A stretch of 64,000 nucleotides of DNA from Patescibacteria group bacterium. GTDB lineage: Bacteria > Patescibacteriota > Microgenomatia > UBA1406. The position numbers and the translations under genes were made by a program. Location: contig JBAYJK010000003.1 of assembly GCA_041665145.1 (NCBI GenBank), positions 69,177 to 133,176 of the forward strand, read 5' to 3'. Positions 56,594-63,332 of this stretch are shown here, one piece after another. The notes beneath the pieces are model-generated. The model searched no databases and was not told the DNA's origin. It was given only the letters and a program-made list of their open reading frames with translations. Position 1 is the first letter of the stretch. Every line of letters begins with the position of its first letter.

Positions 56594-56797
56594 ATGCAAT
56601 CAATGAAACTAACCGGACTTACTTGCAACGCTTGCAAGAAAGTCTCAGAAAAAAGGATCGGAGCAATAAGCGGAGTTCAAAAAGTTGATGTTTCCGTTGA
56701 ATTGGGTGTAGCAGTCATAGATTCCGATAGGCTACTATCAGTATTAGAAGTTAACAAAGTGCTTCAAGACACACCTTATAAAGCACTCGAGAAATAG
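56594..56797 (+). CDS. small HMA-like metallochaperone (CopZ-like)
   Basis: 67 aa with [12 protein letters not shown]. The start is taken at MQSMKL. Confidence 0.65.
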   Translation: MQSMKLTGLTCNACKKVSEKRIGAISGVQKVDVSVELGVAVIDSDRLLSVLEVNKVLQDTPYKALEK

Positions 56798-56798
56798 T

Positions 56799-59700
56799 AT
56801 GAATAGAATAATTGATCTTAAAATTGAAGGAATGCATTGTCAGTCGTGCGAAATGTTAATCAAAGATGAGCTGTCTTCCCTTTCGGGTGTCAAAGACGTT
56901 AGTACTGACTATAAAACTGGCCGCGGAACAGTCACTTTAACCAATCGGGTTACTTCAGACGCGGCAATTCTTGACTCTGTAAAAAATGCAGGGTATGTGG
57001 CTTCTGTAATTACTTCCAATCATCTGAGTAACAACGTATCACAATTGCCACAAGAAAAGGGAACATTTGCTTTTTTGAATTTCCCAAAGGAAATAGGTCT
57101 TGAAGGAACAATCGGCAAGAATGCAGAAGGACAGGTGACCATTAAAGGTAAGTTACGATTTAATTCTAACGAAAGCGATGAACCTCACCAACTCGCTCAG
57201 CCGAATAACGTTGTCGAAAATAATACTTTTGCTGGTAAAACGGAACGAACTAGTTTGGTCATTATAGGAATGCATTGTTCCTCTTGTGCCGCAATTATTG
57301 AGAGACAGTTAAAAAAGGTGACTGGTGTATCAGAAGCAAAAGTTAATTTCGCTTCTGAAAAAGCATCTGTAGTTTACAATTCGGGCGTAACAAAGACAGA
57401 AGATTTAATAAAAGCAGTTGAAAAATCTGGATACAAAGCTGCTCCCGCTCATACTGAAGACTCACAAGCTCAAGCAAAACGCCAAACATCAGAAATAAAG
57501 CATCAATGGAACAGATTCATTATCAGCATGGTGTTGTCGTCCCCAATGATTTATTTCATGTTTCTTGATTTCTTTAATTTTCTACCGGGAACCAAGCTCA
57601 TACTTCCCTACATTGGAATCATATCGTTTGTATTAGCAACACCCGTACAATTCATCATTGGCTCCAACTTTTACAAAGGAATGATTTCCGCCTTAAAGAT
57701 GCGTACGTTTAACATGGATAGTTTAATAGCTATAGGGACATCCGTTGCCTATTTCTATAGCGCTGCTAACTTTATCCAATACTTTATAACCAACAATTCC
57801 TTAATTGGCCTTGCAGGAGCCAAAATTCCAGATTTGTACTTTGAAACTGCAGCATTCCTTATTACGTTTGTTATTCTAGGAAAATTCCTTGAAGCAAAAG
57901 CCAAAGGAAGGACATCTGAAGCGATTAAGAAACTCATGGGTTTGCAGGCAAAAACAGCACGAGTTATACGAAACGGAGAGACAGTTGATATTCCTGTTGA
58001 CCAGGTTATCAAAAACGATATTATCATGGTTCGACCCGGAGAAAAAGTCCCCGTAGATGGAACGATTACGAAAGGCTCCTCTTCTATCGACGAATCAATG
58101 ATAACCGGTGAGAGTCTTCCTGTTGAAAAACATGTTGAGGACACAGTTATCGGCGGCACAATAAATAAAGTCGGTAGCTTTGAGTTTATGGCAACACGAG
58201 TGGGGTCTGAAACTACGCTCGCCCAAATTATCCGCCTCGTTGAAGACGCACAGGGTTCTAAGGCACCCATTCAAGCTGTTGCCGATAAGATTTCTGCATA
58301 CTTTGTTCCGGGTGTAATAGCACTTGCCGTTTTGACATTTGTTGTCTGGTTTTTCTTTTTAGGGTCAACGCTTTCTTTCGCTCTAATGGCATTTACGGCA
58401 GTTATTGTTATTGCCTGTCCTTGTGCTCTGGGCCTTGCCACCCCGACAGCCATAATGGTTGGAACGGGAGTTGGGGCTGAACATGGCATCTTAATCAAAG
58501 GTGGCGAACCATTGGAAAGTGCAAGTAAAATAAATACGATTGTTTTCGACAAAACAGGAACTATCACAAAAGGAAAGCCCGAAGTAACTGATGTTGAAGA
58601 TGTTGGTTCGCTTGACGATAAAGAAGTGCTTGCTATTTCTGCAAGTCTTGAAAAGCAATCCGAACACCCCCTTGCTGAAGCAATATATTCTTACTCTCAA
58701 GAGGAAGGTGTGACTCTTAAAGAAGTTGAGAAGTTTAGTGCAATTCCAGGCCATGGCGTCAAAGGGACTATTGGAAACAAAGATTACTTTTTCGGAAATC
58801 GCAAGCTTATTACCGAAACGCTTGGTTTGGATATCGGTAAGTTTGAACGGAAGCTCGTACGACTCGAAGAACAGGGAAAAACAGCAATGATCCTATCTTC
58901 AAAAGACGAAGTGCTTGGACTGATTGCTGTTGCTGATACGATAAAAACCACTTCGAGAGAAGCTATTGAAAAACTCAAGAAGATGAAGATTGAAGTATGG
59001 ATGATCACAGGGGACAATACCCGTACGGCTAAGGCAATTGCTGCACAAGTCGGTATTGACAATGTCCTCGCCGAAGTCTTGCCTCAAGATAAGGCCAACG
59101 AAGTAAAAAAACTTCAGGAACAAGGTAAAAAAGTAGCGATGGTAGGAGACGGTATTAATGACGCACCGGCACTTGCACAAGCTGAACTTGGAATTGCAAT
59201 GGGTTCGGGAACTGATGTTGCCATGGAAGCCGGAGGAATCGTCATCATTAAGAATGATCTCAGAGATGTAGTTAATGCACTCGATCTTTCCAAGAGCGCC
59301 GTGCAAAAAATACAACAAAACATGTTCTTTGCTTTGTTCTATAACGTTATCGGCATTCCAATCGCTGCGCGTGTATTTATGTTCGCGGGCCTTGTGTTAA
59401 AGCCGGAACTTGCTGGTCTTGCGATGGCACTTAGTTCAGTTTCTGTAGTAAGCAACTCACTGCTTCTTCGGCGCTACCGTCCGGGAAAAAAGAACTATAT
59501 ATCTATGTTTGCACCGATTGTTATGATGATCGCTTTTACGTTACTGTTTATCGAATTTGCACGGTTTAGTTCCACTATGGCTGCACCAAAGAAGATGGAT
59601 TCGAAAGTAACCAATTCTCGTGCAGTTAGTAATGTGGTAGAAATAAGCGCTCCCACTGGAGTTAAAAAACAGTTCTATATGGTAGGAAACAGTATTCCTA

Positions 59701-59948
59701 CAGAGTTATCAGGTCAGATACAAATGGAGGCATTCAATCCGGTATATATTGCAGGAAAGAAGTATAGTCCGATTTTTATAGGGTATGACGAGGCTCAGGT
59801 TATGATTGAGGAAAAACTATTTTCTAAACCGGGTGATACTATTAAGAACTTTTTTGGTAATGACATTATTGTCTCAGGCGTCTTAGTAAAGACTAATTCA
59901 GTTTTTGATACGTATCATTTTGTCAAGGAAGGGTTCCAATTAAGGTGA
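56799..59948 (+). CDS. copA: Cu+-type P1B ATPase with two N-terminal HMA domains and a ~150 aa C-terminal extension
   Basis: GMHCQSCE and [57 protein letters not shown], then an extra TM plus a soluble domain (59499-59945). Confidence 0.9.
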   Translation: MNRIIDLKIEGMHCQSCEMLIKDELSSLSGVKDVSTDYKTGRGTVTLTNRVTSDAAILDSVKNAGYVASVITSNHLSNNVSQLPQEKGTFAFLNFPKEIGLEGTIGKNAEGQVTIKGKLRFNSNESDEPHQLAQPNNVVENNTFAGKTERTSLVIIGMHCSSCAAIIERQLKKVTGVSEAKVNFASEKASVVYNSGVTKTEDLIKAVEKSGYKAAPAHTEDSQAQAKRQTSEIKHQWNRFIISMVLSSPMIYFMFLDFFNFLPGTKLILPYIGIISFVLATPVQFIIGSNFYKGMISALKMRTFNMDSLIAIGTSVAYFYSAANFIQYFITNNSLIGLAGAKIPDLYFETAAFLITFVILGKFLEAKAKGRTSEAIKKLMGLQAKTARVIRNGETVDIPVDQVIKNDIIMVRPGEKVPVDGTITKGSSSIDESMITGESLPVEKHVEDTVIGGTINKVGSFEFMATRVGSETTLAQIIRLVEDAQGSKAPIQAVADKISAYFVPGVIALAVLTFVVWFFFLGSTLSFALMAFTAVIVIACPCALGLATPTAIMVGTGVGAEHGILIKGGEPLESASKINTIVFDKTGTITKGKPEVTDVEDVGSLDDKEVLAISASLEKQSEHPLAEAIYSYSQEEGVTLKEVEKFSAIPGHGVKGTIGNKDYFFGNRKLITETLGLDIGKFERKLVRLEEQGKTAMILSSKDEVLGLIAVADTIKTTSREAIEKLKKMKIEVWMITGDNTRTAKAIAAQVGIDNVLAEVLPQDKANEVKKLQEQGKKVAMVGDGINDAPALAQAELGIAMGSGTDVAMEAGGIVIIKNDLRDVVNALDLSKSAVQKIQQNMFFALFYNVIGIPIAARVFMFAGLVLKPELAGLAMALSSVSVVSNSLLLRRYRPGKKNYISMFAPIVMMIAFTLLFIEFARFSSTMAAPKKMDSKVTNSRAVSNVVEISAPTGVKKQFYMVGNSIPTELSGQIQMEAFNPVYIAGKKYSPIFIGYDEAQVMIEEKLFSKPGDTIKNFFGNDIIVSGVLVKTNSVFDTYHFVKEGFQLR

Positions 59949-59978
59949 ATGAAATAAGTCTGCTATGAGGCCGATGTG

Positions 59979-60049
59979 CTGGGGGACGTGGATTCGGACC
60001 ACGATAAACAGCTCCAAAGGCTGCTGTCCTACCATTAGACGATCCCCCA
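59979..60049 (-). tRNA. tRNA-Gln (anticodon UUG), no encoded CCA
   Basis: The manual cloverleaf is TGGGGGA/TCCCCCA acceptor stem, GTCT/GGAC D stem, GCAGC-CTTTGGA-GCTGT anticodon arm, and CGTGG-TCCGAAT-CCACG T arm, with discriminator G. The 5' TGGGG.ATCG start resembles the bacterial tRNA-Gln I remember. Confidence 0.85.
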
Positions 60050-60126
60050 ATTGAACAGCAATATTCTAACATACAAATATTATCTTATAAAGGTAAATAA
60101 GATTAGACTAGTGATATACTTTAGTT

Positions 60127-60669
60127 ATGGCAAAGTACGATTTTAAGCCTTACTATTGTGAGTTTCCCAAGTTGTTTAAGGACGAACAACGTCGTCTTCG
60201 AAGTTTCCTTGGAAACAGCCCAGTAATTGAGCACTTCGGGAGCTCTGCTGTCCCTGGTCTTGGAGGAAAGGGGATCATCGATATTTTTGTTGCTGTTCCC
60301 AGAGATCAAATGAAATCGACGTCTGAGCTACTTCTAAAAGCAGGATACGGATATCGAGAAACTGGAGGTGACTCAGAACGATTGTTCCACCAACGTACTG
60401 TTTTGCATAGTGAGAATATCACTCAAATATACCATGTTCACGTTACTTTTCTTGAAAATGAGAATTTCAAGCAAGCAATTCTTTTTAGGAATTACTTACG
60501 AACACATGAGACTGATCGTCTTGAATATGCCCGAGTCAAAGAGATCGGTGCCAAGCTTGTAGAAGGTGTTGAAGACAAGAAATCGAAGAAAGAGCTCTAC
60601 ATGAAGGCTAAAGAGACTACGGTTGCAGCAATTCTTAAAAAAGCAATTGAAAGCAGTAAAAAATCCTGA
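60127..60669 (+). CDS. GrpB-family (UPF0157) nucleotidyltransferase-fold protein
   Basis: IEHFGSSAVPGLGGKGIIDI, HVHV, and FRNYLRTH. Confidence 0.8.
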   Translation: MAKYDFKPYYCEFPKLFKDEQRRLRSFLGNSPVIEHFGSSAVPGLGGKGIIDIFVAVPRDQMKSTSELLLKAGYGYRETGGDSERLFHQRTVLHSENITQIYHVHVTFLENENFKQAILFRNYLRTHETDRLEYARVKEIGAKLVEGVEDKKSKKELYMKAKETTVAAILKKAIESSKKS

Positions 60670-60672
60670 TTT

Positions 60673-61251
60673 TCACTTAAGTAAATTTAACTGCTTTCTT
60701 CTAATAATTAATAAAGTACTTTCAATAATATTGATTAATAAATTTGTTACCGGGTAAAGCCATGTGAGTAGGGAGTAATTTGCCAAAGCCAAAAGCCCCA
60801 AAAAGTTACGTACCGCACCCATCTTCCACGTAAAGAGTGTCTCGGAATGTGGATCTTTCCATGACTTTCGGATGGTGGGCAAGTTCGCAAGGGTGTTTAT
60901 GGTAACGATCAAAACGGTTGAGATAACCGGTTCTTTCGCGAAAATCCACACGCATGTTGCTATGAGTGCGATAATGAAAGTTATCGTATCAAACTTAGTT
61001 ATGTCTTTTTCTCCATTCTTGAGGCCTAAAATGTAAATGGTCAAGCAAAGAATAGCTGTGGCGAGGGTTGTATAGGCACCTGCACCACCTTTTCCTAAAA
61101 TCTGAAGCGCAAAAATGATAAAAGTTACAAATGCCCAGATAAACCAACTGTATATATGGGGTTTAGTTTTGCCTTTTACAGTATCCCAGATGTACGGAGC
61201 ATACCCAATGAAGGTTAAGATTACTGCTAGAGCCCCTAATACGTCTTTCAT
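60673..61251 (-). CDS. hypothetical 6-TM membrane protein
   Basis: 192 aa and hydrophobic. TATAAT lies 6 nt upstream of the ATG at 61251. Confidence 0.6.
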   Translation of the reverse strand: MKDVLGALAVILTFIGYAPYIWDTVKGKTKPHIYSWFIWAFVTFIIFALQILGKGGAGAYTTLATAILCLTIYILGLKNGEKDITKFDTITFIIALIATCVWIFAKEPVISTVLIVTINTLANLPTIRKSWKDPHSETLFTWKMGAVRNFLGLLALANYSLLTWLYPVTNLLINIIESTLLIIRRKQLNLLK

Positions 61252-61300
61252 GCGCTTATTATACTAAAAGCTATTCTCAGGAAGTACGAACGTTATTAGT

Positions 61301-61362
61301 CTTACTCGATACCCATGTAACAAGAACACAACCAGGATTCGGACTAGTGATATAATTTTATA
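61301..61362 (+). repeat. Family-2/3 repeat with promoter cassette, copy L (inverted relative to D and H)
   Basis: CTTACtcgaTAcCCaTGTAACAAgaacacaaCCaGGATTCGGACTAGTGATATAATtttataATG. 29 of 30 nt are identical to copy D across aaattatatcactagtccgaatccNggttg. Confidence 0.85.
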
Positions 61363-61668
61363 ATGACGAAACTATTATCCTTGCTTCTGGCAATTTCCTT
61401 TGTGACTACTCCTAATGTATTTTTTCGTATTGCTAGTTACCTTGATCCACATGGGGGATTTGAAGACTTGGGCTTAGCTGTTTTTGTTTTCGGCTTGTCG
61501 ATTATATTCATAACATTTTATGTATTCGTATTTGCCTATATCTACGTCAGAATATTTAAAAGAAAAGACTTTCAGAATATTTTTAAAGGCTCTGTGCTCT
61601 GGCTACTAGGACTTGCGCTTCTCGGCAATTTGTTTATTTTTCTTAAAAGCCTCTTACTTAAACACTAA
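61363..61668 (+). CDS. small 3-TM membrane protein
   Basis: 101 aa. TATAAT 61351-61356 lies 6 nt upstream of the ATG. Confidence 0.5.
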   Translation: MTKLLSLLLAISFVTTPNVFFRIASYLDPHGGFEDLGLAVFVFGLSIIFITFYVFVFAYIYVRIFKRKDFQNIFKGSVLWLLGLALLGNLFIFLKSLLLKH

Positions 61669-61763
61669 TTGTTTATTGCGAAGCGTAAAATTTCCCGACT
61701 TATTTTCTCGAATAACGATAATAGTATATTGAAAAACGATAAATCGTGGAATATACTGTCAAT

Positions 61764-62240
61764 ATGAAACGAGGTTCCACTTTATTTCTAAAGGTCGTAA
61801 TTTTACTCACTGCCATTAGTGTGCTTACCGCCATGCTTTGGTTCCCTCAAACTGAGGGAAGAGCTGCTAACTTAGATCTAATCAGTATTTATACAGATCC
61901 CGTTATTATTTATATGTATATAGCATCAATTTCTTTCTTCATTGGGCTATATCAGGCATTTAAACTACTAAATCTTATTGACGCTAACAAAGCATTCTCC
62001 CAAGGTGCTGTTAATACACTCAAAAATATGAAGTTTTCCTCACTTACCCTTATCGGATTAATTGCAGTAGCTGAAGGCTATATCCGTTTCTTTGCACACG
62101 GCGACGATCCAGCTGGTCCGACAATGCTTGGTTTTTGTTTAGTAATAGCATTTGCCGTTATTGCCACAGCAGCCAGTGTCTTTCAAAAACTTCTCCAAAA
62201 TGCTGTAGATATAAAATCAGAAATTGATTTAACTGTATAA
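61764..62240 (+). CDS. DUF2975-like membrane protein
   Basis: 4 TM, followed by a YozG-like HTH gene (a known pairing). The ATG at 61764 is preferred because TATACT 61752-61757 lies 6 nt upstream. Confidence 0.6.
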   Translation: MKRGSTLFLKVVILLTAISVLTAMLWFPQTEGRAANLDLISIYTDPVIIYMYIASISFFIGLYQAFKLLNLIDANKAFSQGAVNTLKNMKFSSLTLIGLIAVAEGYIRFFAHGDDPAGPTMLGFCLVIAFAVIATAASVFQKLLQNAVDIKSEIDLTV

Positions 62241-62249
62241 GTCACAAAT

Positions 62250-62474
62250 ATGGCAATAATAATCAACATAGATGTAATGTTAGCTAAGCGAAAGATGAGT
62301 GTTACCGAACTTACTACTGAGGTGGGTATTACAATGGCTAATCTTTCAATTTTGAAGAATGGAAAAGCAAAAGCTATACGCTTCTCAACACTCGAAGCTA
62401 TCTGCAAAGCCTTAGATTGCCAACCTGGAGATATTTTGGAATATAAAGAAACTTATGCGAGCCAAATTACTTAA
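62250..62474 (+). CDS. XRE-family HTH regulator (YozG-like)
   Basis: MLAKRKMSVTELTTEVGITMANLSILKNGKAKAIRFSTLEAICKALDCQPGDIL. Confidence 0.9.
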   Translation: MAIIINIDVMLAKRKMSVTELTTEVGITMANLSILKNGKAKAIRFSTLEAICKALDCQPGDILEYKETYASQIT

Positions 62475-62527
62475 ATAATGAGAATTTCTTTTCATGGTAT
62501 TTGCCCAGAGTAAAATTTCACAGCTTC

Positions 62528-62574
62528 ATCAACAAAACCCAGCACTAGTCCTGTAAAACGAATTATAACGACTC
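62528..62574 (-). repeat. Family-4 repeat, copy M (inverted)
   Basis: The reverse complement reads GTCGTTATAAttcgtttTACAgGACtAGTGCTGGGTTTTGtTGAT. Confidence 0.8.
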
Positions 62575-62600
62575 TGAATAATGTTGTGATATAATAGTTT

Positions 62601-63242
62601 ATGTTTTTAGAGCACTGGAAAAGGCTTTTTGCTGGCGACAGAGATAAGACTCATTTAACGAACGGAGGACTTGACTTGCGTGACGCTGAGCTTTTGGATG
62701 TTGCTGAATCGCGCGTTTTTAGAAAAGGTGGGTCTGTTTTAAAAATTTATGACACTCCTCTTTCAAGGGGAATAATTACTCGCTCCACGCTACAACTATA
62801 CAAAAGGCTCACCGGACAAGTCTCACAAGAACTAACCCAAAGATCTGATGAGTGGTCGTTTTCAGGGCAATGTATTTCTATACACTGGAACGTGGTGGAA
62901 ATAGACAATTTAGGAGAATTGCCTGGAACCGGAGATGCATGGTCTATGAGTAAATACGTGCCGGGAATTAATCTGAGAGATATGTATTACCCGCAGTGGG
63001 CTCGACGACAAGTTATACAACAAGCTGTCCTGAAAGGTCGCGAGGAGCAGATGAGAGGTTTATTGGACCGGGTATCGCTCGAAGTAAATGCACGGCTGAA
63101 TACAGATTTAACAGACATAGATCTTACCAATGTCATCGTAGATGCTTCAAATACAGGCTTATTATTCAATGTAACCGATGTCTGTGGAATAGTTTCAAAG
63201 GTTGATGGTGGTTATGCAAGAGTTCCATTGATGTTTGAGTAA
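62601..63242 (+). CDS. hypothetical protein, possibly an atypical kinase-like fold
   Basis: 213 aa. The pair DIDLTNVIVD ... FNVTDVCG weakly resembles a kinase catalytic loop and DFG. Confidence 0.4.
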   Translation: MFLEHWKRLFAGDRDKTHLTNGGLDLRDAELLDVAESRVFRKGGSVLKIYDTPLSRGIITRSTLQLYKRLTGQVSQELTQRSDEWSFSGQCISIHWNVVEIDNLGELPGTGDAWSMSKYVPGINLRDMYYPQWARRQVIQQAVLKGREEQMRGLLDRVSLEVNARLNTDLTDIDLTNVIVDASNTGLLFNVTDVCGIVSKVDGGYARVPLMFE

Positions 63243-63244
63243 TG

Positions 63245-63282
63245 CTATAAGGCCTTCTTGGTCCACATTCGTTACTCCCAGC
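63245..63282 (-). repeat. Family-1 junction repeat, copy K (inverted)
   Basis: The plus strand reads CTATAAGGCCttcttGGTCCACAttCGTTACTCCCAGCc, the reverse complement of the family consensus. Confidence 0.85.
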
Positions 63283-63332
63283 CAATTCTTCGCTAAAGCT
63301 TCGAAGTCATTTTAATTTGATAAAATATTTTT

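Noticed and set aside
57755-58270. Long antisense ORFs inside the P-type ATPase and other large genes (57755-58270, 55871-56356, 29843-30259, 9805-10275, 836-1228 and others)
   Set aside because: They are shadow ORFs opposite strongly supported genes. Their composition is low-complexity and rich in Ser, Pro and Thr, and they have no promoter or start context.
47462-60049. An active integrative element or prophage
   Set aside because: The block contains no integrase, excisionase, transposase, or conjugation or phage structural genes. At most it is a fixed or decayed island.
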